Source: Pocillopora damicornis (Eukaryota). Taken from it: DNA of 64,000 nt. Numbering within the stretch: the stretch's first letter is position 1; each line of letters begins with the position of its first letter. The notes beneath the pieces are model-generated. The model did not search any database and had not been told where the DNA came from. It saw only the letters and a program-made list of their open reading frames with translations. The stretch covers positions 186,001-250,000 of the forward strand of contig NW_020843601.1 of the NCBI RefSeq assembly GCF_003704095.1, written 5' to 3'. Shown in pieces: positions 37,042-50,043 of the stretch. A program made the translations under genes and the position numbers.

Positions 37042-40000
37042 CTACTCTTTCTTCTTTTGGGCATCAATGGTTGCGTTCCAATAATACAAAATCTGTGTAA
37101 CCATGGTAATGTTGAATACGGTCGAGAGGGTGAAAATAGCCAGAATGTATTGGTCCCCAGTCTCTTGCATTGTAGTGAAGATACGGGCCGCGTGGGTAAA
37201 CAATAGCAGAAGTACCATAATGAATGACAACTGACCCGTGTGACCATTGCGGAAGTTTTCCGTGATCTGAGAAACCTGATGGAGGAAAAAAAGTTCCANN
37301 NNNNNNNNNNNNNNNNNNNNNNNNNNNNNNNNNNNNNNNNNNNNNNNNNNNNNNNNNNNNNNNNNNNNNNNNNNNNNNNNNNNNNNNNNNNNNNNNNNCG
37401 ACAGTCAAGCGGTTTAATCACTGACCTGAATGGGAATCCCCTGGCTGAATTGTAGCTGAATGTTACTGTTTGTGTTGCCAGTTCTGTGACAAAGCCCACC
37501 AGACTGAGGCCCTCCACACTTGATGCTCGTAGGACCTTGAGTATCTGTGGAAACTTGACTAAAACAAGATTTGATTCTTGAAATGAAAAAATCACCAAAT
37601 CTGTTATTAGAGGAAAAATCAGTTTTATGTCTGATTTAAAAATCAGAAATATAACTGGGAGTTAAAAGTTTAAGGAGATTAAGACTACCTCAACATATTA
37701 GATTCGACAATAGAGAGACTTATGTTGTATTCATTTGTCATCCTCTCAAATTAATGCAGTGCAAACCCAGTTGTTCATCTACACTATTGTCGAAAAGGCA
37801 TACTAGTGTCTTAAATCTAAAATTCACCACCAGTGACCAAAGTTGGCAAGAGGGTCCAAAAATCTAAAATCGACCTCTGGCGTCAAAAAATCTCAAATTG
37901 GCTGGCTAGTGTCCAAAATCTCAATCTGAATTCTAGTGTCCCAAATCCAAAATTGGCCACTAGTGCCAAAATCTAAGGACGGACACAACTGTCCAGAATC
38001 TAACATCAGCCACCAGCGTCCAAAATCTCAAATTGGCTATTGGTGTCCGAGATCTCAATACTGCTTCTAGTGACAAAAAAACTCAAATTGCCTACTTGCT
38101 TCCAAAATCCTAATACCACCTCTACTAACCAAAATCTCAACTCGGACGCTAGTGTCCAAAATCTCAAATTGACCACTGGTGTCCAAAACCTAAATCGGCC
38201 ACCAGTGTCCAACATCCAAAGTCGACCACTAGTGTCCAAAGTCTCAGATCAGCCGCCAATGTCCAAAATCTCAAATTGGCCACTACTGTCCAAAATCCAA
38301 AGTCAGCCACAAATATCCCAAATCAAAAATTGGCCACTAGTGTCCCAAATCTAAAATTGGCCACAAGTGTCCAAAACCTCAAATCAGCCATTGGTGTCCC
38401 AAATCTAAAACTGGCCACAAGTTTCCAAAATCTCAAATTGGTCACTAGGGTTCAAAATCTCAAATCGGTCACTAGTGCCCCAAATCTCAAATCGGTCACT
38501 GGTGTCCAAAATCCAAAGGGGGCCACTAATGTCCACAATCTCAAATCGGCTTGTAGGGTCTAAATCTAAAATCAGCCACCAGTGTTAAAAATCTCAAATT
38601 GGCCACTAGTGTCCAAAATTTTAAATCGGCAACTAGCATCCAAAATCCAAACTCAACCACTAGTGTCTAAAATCTAAAATTGGCCACCAGTGTCCAAAAT
38701 CTCAAATTGGTCACTAGCGTCCAAACTCTAAAACCAGTCATTAGTGTCCCAAATCTAAAATCGGCCAAGAGAATCTAAAATCTCATAGCAGCAACTAGTG
38801 TCCCAGATCTCAAAGTGGCAACTAGTGTCCCACAAATAAAATCAGCCACGAGTGTCTAAAATCTGAAATTGGCCACGAGAGCCCAAAATCTAAAGTCAGA
38901 CTCTAGTGTCCAAAAATCTAAAATTGGTTACTAATGTCCAAAATTGGCCGAGGGGTCCAAAACCTGAGATAGGCCACTTGTGTCCAAAATCTCAAATTGA
39001 CTACTGATGTCAAAAATTTAAAATCGGCCTCTAGTGTCCAAAATTTAAAATTATACAGTAGTGTCTAAAATCTCAAATCAGCCACTAGTGTCCCAAATCT
39101 AAAATCGGCCACCAGCAACCAAAATCTAAAATTGGTCACTAGTGTCCAAAATCTCCAATTAGGCACTGGTGTCATAAATCTAAAATCGCCCACTAGTGTA
39201 AAAATCTCAAATCGGTTCCTATTGTACAAAATTTAAAATAAGCCACAAGTGTACAAAATCTTAAATCAGCCACTAGTGTCCAAAATCACAAATCAGCCAC
39301 AAGTGTCCAAAATCTAAAATTGGCCACTAGCATCCAAACTCTAAAATCGGCTTCTAATGTCCAAAATCTAAAATTGGCCACTAGTGTCCAAAAACTCAAA
39401 TCGGACAATAGTGTCTAAAAACGATTGGGAATTAGTAAAACGTCTTTTTACTGTTATGGTGTTTCTCTGGAGGGTGACACTTTAAAAACTCTTGTATGAA
39501 TGTGCTGCCTATATCTTTAATTCCTGACACTCTAAAAGACACTAATTTAGGCCCAAACATGTCATTTTCTTCATTAATTTTTTAAAAATCGAAACTGCTT
39601 TGGGTTTGGAACCTGTTTCCTGAAAAAATTTCTTGGTTTTGGAACCAATACGCTTTGTTATGGCGCAAATGGGCTTCACATCAAAGCTGGAGTAAAGGAT
39701 TGGAAAATTACCTCCAAAAATATAGCTCGAATGATATATTTTGTTCTGCAACTCTCTTCCTATCACTCGTTTGAGTTCAGACGATAAATATGTTTGAATA
39801 CTCTCCTGGCCCCTTTCTGATCGAACTCAGTCATAATATACAACCTTTTCATACCAAAATGACTCATGGGCCAATCCCCCTGGAACAGTTTATGTCTTTA
39901 TAGCTTATATAGGAAAGGAATACCCGCTACCCTTCCTTGGATTCTTCTCCGAGACATTTCGCATCGCGTGACGAAAGAAGAACCCTACTGCGTGATTTAT

Positions 40001-40561
40001 GATTTAATTAACTTCTTGGAAAGTCACTCAAGAATGCAGCGTTCTGGTAAACAACTATTAGGCCTCGTCTAAAAGTATAAGAATTTTTGACTCACTGATC
40101 GGAGCTAAAAGCACAATAATATATCCAAGGCATTTGCTGAGTGCAATCTTCAGACAAGCAACTGTGAAGAAAATGAAAGGAAAAGTAAAAAATATGGATC
40201 GATCGTCGTCTCATCATCTTGGCAAGCGGTAATAGAGAGTAACCACGAAATCGCATAGTGAATATCGAAGAGACTTTGACAGATCAGTTACATGTTGCAC
40301 GATTGCTAACCAGCATTTGTTTTAACATTTCATTCGAGCTTAATGTCACAAAATGTACTTCCCTATCACTTCCCTAACACTTCTCTATCACTTCTGAATG
40401 ACATTTTAAGAGACTTTAATTTAATAGACATATATTTAATTGGATAGCCAAACACTTAGCTTACCGTGGAAAAAGTTAAAGTTGACGAAAAATTCATCGT
40501 GGCAATATTTTGGAACAATGAAGAGAACCAACGGAGTGAAAAAGAACTCGCCTACTGCCAT
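37042..40561 (-). CDS. MPDU1-like paralog (divergent copy); exon 4 missing in gap 37299-37398
   Basis: Exons 40561-40465 (MAVGEFFFTPLVLFIVPKYCHDEFFVNFNFFH), 40161-40096, 37558-37426 (KFPQILKVLRASSVEGLS) and 37275-37042 (SQITENFRNGHTGQLSF...ARIFTTMQETGD...YYWNATIDAQKKKE). Exon sizes are identical to the neighbouring copy. Confidence 0.88.
37299..37398. other. Assembly gap (100 N)
   Basis: Run of 100 N inside the MPDU1-like paralog. Confidence 1.
37800..39420. repeat. 27-bp minisatellite, ~60 diverged units, in intron 2 of the MPDU1-like paralog
   Basis: Consensus ggccactagtgtccaaaatct(c/a)aaat(t/c); it produces spurious ORFs with a 9-aa period (LATSVPNLK). Confidence 0.95.
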
Positions 40562-41618
40562 CTGGAATGGAATATTTCTTCCACAAGACTTTTCTCTTTC
40601 ACTTTCTCGCGCTTCCCTGCTCCTCTACCGCTGGTCAAAGATGAATACCCAATACATTTCGTGCATGTCATAAAGATTGCGTGACATATCAGTGGCCCAG
40701 AAATCCCTCAAAATTGAAGATTTGACAGATACAATTATTTTTTTTCCCAATCTTCTAAAGATTTAACCCTTTAACTCCCAGATAAAATTTGTCATTCTCC
40801 TTACTGTCAGCCATACAATTCTTATAATGTTAGTTCAGAGAAATTAGTATTGGATCAACTAATTATCCCCAAGTTTTTTTTTTATTTATTCTCATCACTT
40901 ATCTGGTTGATATTGAAGTGATATTGTAAGGCAAATTTCTGTCTTGGTCACTCGTGGGGGTTGAGGGGTTAACAGAGACATGGAACACAATCCACACGTT
41001 CACTCATGGGAATCACTTTTATTAATGATGTAAATCATTCTGATAAATCCATTCAAAATGTTTTCATACACAACAATTAAATGTGAAAATATCACCATGT
41101 ACGATGCAAATTTAGAATTAAACACTATCTGCATTGCAAACTCACTTTGTATGTAACTAAACTACCACATTTTTTTTTTCACCCTTAAAGCAAAATTAGA
41201 GTAGAATTTACAGTAGAATAGACTGAGGAAATAACTTAACCTTCGAAGACAAAAGAGGTGTTATTGTAAATAAAGCTTTGCAGGTAGTAAGGGGTATGTA
41301 AAATTAGTATGAATAAACAAGTTAAATTGTTCATCTAAGAAAATGGAAAGTGAGCAATTTCTTTGCATCCAGAGTGCTGAGAGAGGTTTCTCATGCTTGA
41401 GGACTACCACAACTTCCCTTAGAAAGACCAAAGGGTTGAAACACAAAAACATTGCTTTGTGAGTTATCAAATTCCTTCCCAAATGTCAGAAAAAAAAAAT
41501 TCCCAATGCCTATCATTTTATCACCATAAATTTTTTCATCTCACATCTTCCACACCTTTTTAATGCTGGGATAATTGCGGCAGTGATTTTATTGAAGATA
41601 CCTCATCCAGAATTTTAA

Positions 41619-42029
41619 CCTTTTGACCCCTGAGAGAAACTAGCGTCTACTTCCTCCTTACAATGTCACCCCTGACTCAGACGTTAACCCTTAATGCGCA
41701 AAATCTGATTGTCAATTCTCCCCTTCAACTCCTACACATCTCCCTGTAAATTAGTTACTAGAATCTACTGTTATATCAAAATAATAACTTCTACCTGATA
41801 ATTTTGAGTATTCTCATTACCTTTTTGCTGACTAATGTGTGAATGCAATTGGGAGAAGTTAAATGTTCATCACTTCTGGAAGTTTAAGGTTTAAAGGGAC
41901 GAAATTAAAGGAAATGATCACAAACTAAAGAAGCTCTTGATTGTAAAACAAATTCTCCTTGTCAGCACCTTAGGAAATGTATAGAGAACAGTATGGAGAA
42001 TAAGCATACTGATGTTAAGGTGTACAGGA
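41619..42029. mobile_element. MITE family C with a family B MITE nested at 41688-41890
   Basis: The host sequence is interrupted at acgTTAA|ccc...aggt|TTAA and resumes with the family C body. Confidence 0.8.
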
Positions 42030-42072
42030 TTAAAAATGTATGATTATATGTAATGCATCAAAAGACAAGTCT

Positions 42073-44931
42073 TTAGGCTTCCTTCTTCTTCAAGTCAGGC
42101 TTGACATTCCAGTAGTAGAGAACTTGGAAGGTGAGAGTGGCATTCAGCGTAACTGACACAAGAAAGGTCACAAGCATGACCTTGTCGCCAGTCTCTTGTA
42201 TAGTGGTGAAAATGCGCGCCACGGCTCCCAAGGTCAACAAGAGAACCATGATGAATGATAATTGCCCTGTGTGGCCATTACGGAAATTAGTGACTATCTG
42301 TATGAGCTGAAGAGGAATTCAACATCAGTACAATGACATGAAACAATTACAAAAATTTCTACTCTCCTCCTCCCTGAATAGGGTGCTAGTCCATTCAAAG
42401 TTTCTATTTCATCCCTTCTAACCCCAGCATTTGATAAAATGTCCATGGCAGTTTGCCCGTACCCATTTGTACTGCTGGATAGAGAGGGGCTCTGGGAGAG
42501 TTAAGTGTCTTGTGCAAGAACTCAACACAATGACTTGGCCAGGACTTGATCCCAGACCTCTAAAACTGGAATCTAGCATTAGACTAGTACATCTCTTGGT
42601 GCACAATGTGATATTAACAATGAATGATAAATCCTTTAGTTAGTAGGTCATCTAAGGATGACAGAAAAAACAGAAAAATGGCAACAAAGGAAAAAATAAG
42701 GTGACTCCACCCAGGGATAAGACATGAGCTTCTTGATTCAGACTCTGGCAAAATAAATGCTTGTTATCACAACTATGAACAACAAAAGAGTTAAAACTAT
42801 TGAAGAAGAAAAAAAGCATCAATAATGTCCTGCAACTCACCCTACTTGTTGCAAGAAGACCAATGTTAAATGAAGCAAATTTAGTTAACACTGACATTGG
42901 AGTCAGGCCAGATGCTAGAACATAAACAATTCCTCCATACAACACTGGGAAAACAACACCTGCCAAAAGTCGGCTGGTGTAGTAAAAGTACATCAAGATC
43001 AAAAGACAGCCCTGAATTGACATGAAGAAATTTTCACCCCAAGCACTGAAAAGGAAGGAGAGACCATGGATTAAGAGGAATCTATTTTAACCCTTGAACT
43101 GAATTCTCTCTACCTGTTTATTGGATAATGTATGGATATTAGAATAATTTGAAAGGAGAATCTAGAGGTGTATCAGAAGCCAACTAAAGCATTATATCCA
43201 TGCACCTCTTGATTTGGGCCTGATTTGATCACTCTTTCTCACTAAACCCACATCAAAATTCCACAAACAGCAGCTGGTAACTGAGTCTTTCCTTTCAAGC
43301 CAGTCAATTAAAATGTTGCAAAAACACATTCCCAACTCTCCTCCCCTCCCCTCCCCTCTTTTGGTGGTCCATAAGTACAGAGGAGGCCTTATTCACTTAA
43401 ATGAAAACAAAAAAATTCTCTCTCAAAGTAAAGATCTGATTATCAATTCTCCCCTCTAACTGCCACAGATCTCCCTGAAGATTAGTCTGGAGAATTTGTT
43501 GTCCCATCAAGATAACACCCTCCATCTGATAAAAGTATCTTTTCTCATCACACCTGATTGCTGAATAATGCATCACAATTCTGAGGAGAAACTACATGTC
43601 AATCCATTCTAGGTGTAAATGGTTCAATGTGCTGTTCTGCTGCACCATAAATCAATGTTTTTGAATGTTTTTTTTTTTGGAAAGAGAACACCCACTGCAA
43701 TCTGGATTTGTCCACAGATCACAAATTCTTATACAGCCCTACTGCACATGTTTTAGCCATTTAATCATACCTCCCTAATAAGCTAGTACAAACTTGGATT
43801 ACTCTTCATTCCTTAGATTAAAACTTACCTAAAAGGGAAAGACTTGGCATAGCTGTATGTTCCAGAAGTGGTCAAAGCTACCAACTCAAGTATGAAAGCT
43901 GTTAAACTGAGACCTTCCACACTAGAGGCTTGTATAACCTTGATAATCTGGGGAATTTTGACTGTGAAAAGTAAATTTGTTGATGATACCATATTAGTTT
44001 AGCACAGTGTATTGGCCTGTATCTTTTTAAATTTCACCATCATGCACCATTTGGCAAGGCTCCTGGGAAGAACTGATATATGCATAGGTATGTTTTGTAG
44101 TGGGGGGGGGGGCTTGCTGCAGAAGCTTGCGTCAAAGCATTGCATGCAGCAGTTGAAAATCAATTAAGCATCTGTGACCTTAATAGGTTTAGTCGTAATG
44201 CACATAGCTCACGTAGCCAAGAATGGCTCTATACATGCACGATCTCTTCAAGTTGTGCCATACTCTATGTATTGATCGTTTGGCAAAATTTCAGCAGAAA
44301 TCGACTCCTGCTCTTGATCTGACTTTTTTAAAGGTGGGTGTGTATTCCGTTTCCAGTCTGTGCCCTTAGGTTCTTTGCACCACGAGGTGTTCCCTGCCTG
44401 ATGTGGGTGGAGGGGATATCACGCGATCGCTCACACTAAAAGGACCATTTTCACATAGGCTGCAAGATCTGTTATACTTATCACAAGAAATTCTCAGCAT
44501 GGCATTGCTTCAACAGTCCCCAATTTAACATAAGTTCGATCGTTCGATCGATCAATCATTTTGATTTCTGAAAATAATATAATTTCTAAAACTTCGAGTG
44601 AAAATTTCCAAACAACTTACTCATTGCCGATCCAACGACAATTCCATAACCCAAGCACTTACTGATTGCAATCTTCAGGCAAGCAGCTGCAACAACAAAA
44701 AATCAACAAGATATCTTGAAATATTAACATACAAAAAAGATCTACAGACTATTCTATACCGAAATAAAAAAAGATCTCAAGGTTTCAAAACCATGATACA
44801 AGAAACTATCTGTCAGCGTATGAGCTTAGCATACCATGGAAGAAGTTGAAGTTGATAAAGAATTCATCGTGGCAGTATTTTGGAACAATCAACAGCACAA
44901 GAGGAGTGAAGAAAAACTCGCCTACCGCCAT
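42073..44931 (-). CDS. MPDU1: Mannose-P-dolichol utilization defect 1 protein (PQ-loop), 244 aa
   Basis: Exons 44931-44835, 44686-44621, 43961-43829, 43045-42841 and 42306-42073 (735 nt) give CLKIAISKCLGYGIVVGSAMIKIPQI...EGLS...FPFSAWGE...RLIQIVTNFRNGHTGQLS...ARIFTTIQETGD...YYWNVKPDLKKKEA, with a C-terminal dilysine ER motif. Confidence 0.95.
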
Positions 44932-47652
44932 CTTAGCGTCCACGTCAAAACTATAGTTAGTCATGCATGTAAAAATCCCTGAACTGTCGTCATAAAACTC
45001 TTGCTTCGTTTGTCCTAAAAATAAAAAGAATGTGAAAAAGAAATAGTAACTTTTCAGTGAGCTGTTCTTCTCAGTTACAACTCGAATTTTCAATCATTTA
45101 ACTTCCGATTTGCTTATCCTTCTTCAGCTTCGCCCACGTCAGTTAATACCTGGCAAATTTAGAAAATCTTGTTCGTTACAAAGTTCAAACTGAGGTTGAA
45201 AGGCTCTGTTGCCAACGTACACACTGCAGAAATAAGCAGGTAAAGTGTATTAGAAGAAAGCCTATTTATTGTATGAAGAAGACCATAATCATCTTCCAAA
45301 CCATAGGAACGATAGAATTCCCCATAATTCAACCCAGTCTTACTTCGGATGTAAAACATTAGTCAGATTAGACAGCAGTGAACGTACTTCTGACCCTATA
45401 ACTCGGCCGATAATAGCACATACGTAAAAGAAGAGTACAATTTGAATGAAACAAACCGAAGTTGCACTATACAGTCAACTCTCTACAAAGGTAACTTTAA
45501 TTTCTTATTTTGGGTCAGAAAAAGCGACAGCGCAAGGAGATGACAGAAATGGTTATTATCACTTGACATCAATGTGCATATTCTCCATACTGTTCGCCTT
45601 ACGTCTCCTACGATAATGACAAGGAGAACGTGTTTAACGATCAAGAACTTCTTCAGCAAGCGATCATTTCCTTTCTTCTCATAACCTCCATGTTTGATTC
45701 AGTGGCGATTCTGTAAGGAGAAATTAGATGCTGGTCATTCTTAACGGTTAAAGAATGAAGAGGAACAAACAACGTACACCGTCACGCGCATTAGGACTTT
45801 CCAGTTTCTTCTTAGATGGGATGCACACATTGACTTTAGGACGCAGGGATAAAAGTACTTTGCCAACGTGAACATTTTCAGACAACAGAAAGCAAATTCT
45901 TAGTTGTAACATTAGTTAAGCAACGAATCGACGTCAGTATCTGAGCAACTGCGCACCTATGCAACTACCCCTCCCCTTACCCAACTTTAACCGTAAATTG
46001 TTATTAGTTGACTGTTGTTGGGTTAGGGGAGGGGTAGGTACACCACGCTAGCAATGCTGGTTTGGAGTCACGCGAAGTGTCCAATTACGTCATGGCTGTG
46101 GTAGGTAATACCGGATCCAGAATTTGTTTTGCTGTTGCTGTGCGCGAAGATTTAGTCTCTGTTCGTCATAGCGGGGGCGAGAGTTGACAACTATTGTACC
46201 ACCTCCGATTAATTTGCAGTGGAAATGTTAAGCTGTTTAAAAATTTACCTGGTTACTAAGATCAACCTCACAAATCCCTTTTATTACTGACAATCTTCTC
46301 AGAACAGGCAGTTAATCACACTTCATATTTTTTTAAATGAGCTTGAGGTGACCTCTGATCTAGTCAGCTCAGCAATGACCAATCTTAAGGAGATGTTTGT
46401 GGAAGTTTGGGGACCAACAGCAAACCATTAACAATTCAGACTAGTTTTTCCGATAGAAACTTGATATCTCCAGAGCGGTTTTGGTTATCAGGAATATTTT
46501 ATCTGTTCTGCGAATCTATTATGAAGTAATTGAACGGATTATCCTCGATAGAAATCGTAAGCTCGAGATAACACAGCTCCAGTCACGCCGGAAAGACGAG
46601 AAATCGTGCCGCGGAGCTGATAATCCTTATATCTTGTAAACAATTCACTGCTTTCATAACTTTGGATTTCCTCTGGAGGCGCAGACATCGCTGACAATTT
46701 GCCACACATCTGTCGGCTTTTCTGAACAAAATAATCAGTCAAATTAAAAGCAAGATTGATTAAAATTGAACTTCTCTTAATGAGATACAGAATCAAAAGT
46801 CCACTATGGGTTATGAGAATTTAAGAAATAATCATGATATCCGAATTAACCTCAAAAACAAGAAGATGGGGGATTGTTTACGTTCAAAAACAATCTCGTT
46901 CTTTTATTTTTTAAATGTTTGTGTAACCTGTTAATTTGTAAGACAATATTCTGAGTTGCAAAAGTTTTGTGCAATAGGATCAGTTCTACAAGCTCTCCAG
47001 CAATATCTCTATCAACAGTTACTGTTTCCATAAGCAGAAGATTGTACTAACTTTTTTGACGAGAGAATTCACGCAAGATTTTTCCGTGATAGCGACCGCC
47101 GTGAAAATTATGTTCTGTACCGGAAACACAAGTTATTATTCGACAGTTTTATTAAATTTATTATCTAATTCAATATTCTCACAACTGAGCAAAACAGTGG
47201 CTTTATATTTTTCATTTTCCTGGCGCAATCAACCGCAAAAACTTTCACAGCACTTCACACCTGAGCATGTTGTATTACCATAATCGCATCTTTCGCTTTC
47301 ATGATAAAGAAACTCTATTACTTGAGAACTCTCAAATTACTCGCATCCAATGTTGTTTGTTAGAGAGACAATAAATTAAGTATCGCGTTATCTTTGACGT
47401 TCAAATATTGTCACCATCTCTGAGGTGTAGGTTACAGACAAATTCTCCCCTGGTACTGTTTACTTGGAATGAATCCATTCAATTTGGACGGATATATTTA
47501 AAGTCGTGAAAGACCCCGGAATTTCCAGCTGTTTCATCTGCCAACACGCAGCGAAAAATTCGCGTAGACGACAGGATTTCAAGAATTTGGAGTGGCAATT
47601 CGTAAACATAGGTTTTAACTCTTAACCCAACTTAAACTAGCGAAATATTGTC

Positions 47653-50043
47653 ATGTCGAACAATTTGACATTAACTGGCTTCTTTTGGGTGATTTTCTCC
47701 GTTCTGAGCGCGCTCGCGGCTTCTACGGGTTTTTTCCTTCCTTATTGGATACAGGGACAGATATACAACACAACAGTTTACTTAGGCGTGTTTCGTCGAT
47801 GTAATTTCTTAGAAAAACAAGCAAACGGGCTCTCAGTCCTTGTGCGAGCCTGTGGCCGATATGCAAGTTTTCAAGACATTCCTTCGGAAGCATGGAAAGC
47901 CAGCACAGTGATGATAGGAATCGGTTGTGGATTCCTCCTTGTTGTAGCCTTCACAGCTATATTTTCCTGCTGTTGTAAAGACATTCTCACGAGGACTTCG
48001 GCTCGGGTCGGAGGAGCACTGCAAGTAGTGGCTGGTGAGTAAAAATTTGAGACTAAAATCAATGCGCCAAAAGCTGATCTCATTACAAGGGTGTCGAGTA
48101 TATTTACCAAGCAGCTCCTAGCTCCTAAATATAACACCTCGCAATAGTTTGTTTACTTTCTTTCGAAACTTTCTGGTTTAAATTTCGAATTTAAAGGGAT
48201 TCTTTATTGTGCCACGTTAAATTTGAAACGATTTATCACTTAGTTTGCTTCGCTGACCTGAAAATTGCTTAAGTTGTCGGTGTTGCAAATTATCCGTCTC
48301 TCACCTCTCAATTAATCACAAAATTAAAGTCTACAAAGTTGAACAACGCTATTATAGCACTTGTGCAAATATTTTGGGAAAACTTTCCTCGATAATTTCT
48401 AAGTGCTATTCCGTGAAAAGAAAGTACTTTCCAAAGTTAACATTCCGTTCAAAAGAATTACACCTACTACTTTCTAATGAATCGAGGTAAATTGCAGTTT
48501 CGCTCTCATGACTATTAATAACAAAGTAGCCGCGATGAATCGACAAATTGACACAATGACGATTACCAAGGTTACATTTCACAAAACTACAAATTGAATC
48601 CGGTTCAAATTGCAATGAACATTGATGGAACTATCTAGGTAAAATTTGGGTTGAGTATTTACTTGAAACGTCAAAACAGATTCAATTAATTTCCTTCGTT
48701 CGTGAGTAATAAATGAAATATGCTCGGGTCAATAATTTGACCGCAAGAAAATTACCTACTGCTGTGTTGAAAAGGAAACTTTTTTATTCAAAAACAAAGC
48801 TCTGTTGTGGTGTTCTTAATTTCATCTGATAAACAAAAGTATGCTGGCTCCATTAAGAGAGTGCATATTGTTTTCGCAGCGATAATATAAAAAATAGTGA
48901 TCGATTCAATTCAGATGAAAATTCGTGCCGTGTCTGTTTGTACACAAAGGGAAGGAACCGATTAACGAGTTTGAGTTTCAATAAAAAGGTCGCCGGGGAA
49001 AGGTCAGATATCTAACGTTAATAGATTTTTAATTGTTCTTTTTTCTCTCTCTCTGTAAAATAATACGCAAAGTAGCAATTTATTCAATAGAACGTTCTAG
49101 GAAGTAATTAGTGAATTCCAAACATAGCTGGAGATAAATTATTTTTTACCTATTTCTTCGAATTCCCAGAGACGCATTTAGAAAGGAATGACATTGTCGT
49201 CGGTTAGGAGTAATGCAGAACCCCAGGAAACTTGAATCAAACAGTTATTGAGATGCTGTGACTTGACAAGTATTCAGGCTCAAGGGTAGATCTGATTTGT
49301 GATCGACACCGCGCTGTGGATAATAAGAACCATAAACTCTTCGGCACTTTAGGGATAATTCCCTAAAACACCACGGCCTTGTTCTTTCCTTTCTCTCTCC
49401 ATTGCTCTTTAGGGAGGGAAGGTAAAGTCATACTAAAATAACTCCACTTTTTTCAATCTCCTGTTTTCAATCTTGCTTTTATCGAGAGGTCTGGCGTCGA
49501 GACCTGAGCGAGTCATAATGGCGTGTTCTTGGGCGTGGCACTCTACACTCCACTCTCCCAATGCCTCCCTCCACCCCCCACCCAGAACATAAATGGGTAC
49601 CAGCTAAATGTCGTGGGAGGGGGGGTAAGTTTTAATGGACTAACACCCCTTCCCAGGGGGAGTAGTAAAACCCCTAGTTGCTTCATGCGTCAGAAATCTG
49701 GATAAGTTCATGCTCAAGTGAAGCTTTTCCTCACTATCTTACCTTGTTCTTACTAAGTATTAATTTATCTATTTCTTCATTTTAATCCACAGGCTTTCTT
49801 CTGGCGATTGGTTTTGGTATTTACCCTTCAGGCTGGGGAAGTGTTGAATTTAAGCAAGCTTGTGGAAAAGAAGCAAATTTTTACAGGCTCGGCCATTGCA
49901 AACTTAGCTGGGCTTTCTTTTTGTTCGTGGTAGGAACTGGTTCGGCTTTTATTTGTGCTGTTTTGTCCACTCGAGCTGGGAAACAGAAAAAGCCGATCTA
50001 TTCTAGAACGAGTATCGAGCGATCAGACAGTTTCATCATGTAG
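47653..50043 (+). CDS. LHFPL/TMHS-family tetraspan protein (LHFPL6-like), 210 aa
   Basis: Exons 47653-48034 and 49793-50043. Motifs PYWIQG, GVFRRCNF, CGRYASFQDIPSEAWK and IYPSGWGSVEFKQACG...YRLGHCKLSWAF. Confidence 0.93.

Noticed and set aside
38006-38563. ORFs with 9-aa periodicity, or a CRISPR-like array
   Set aside because: These are translations of the 27-bp minisatellite. There are no unique spacers and no cas genes, and the context is a eukaryotic intron.
46248-46450. Possible minus-strand exon ending in CAG|gtaaat
   Set aside because: All frames contain stops and no partner exons were found.
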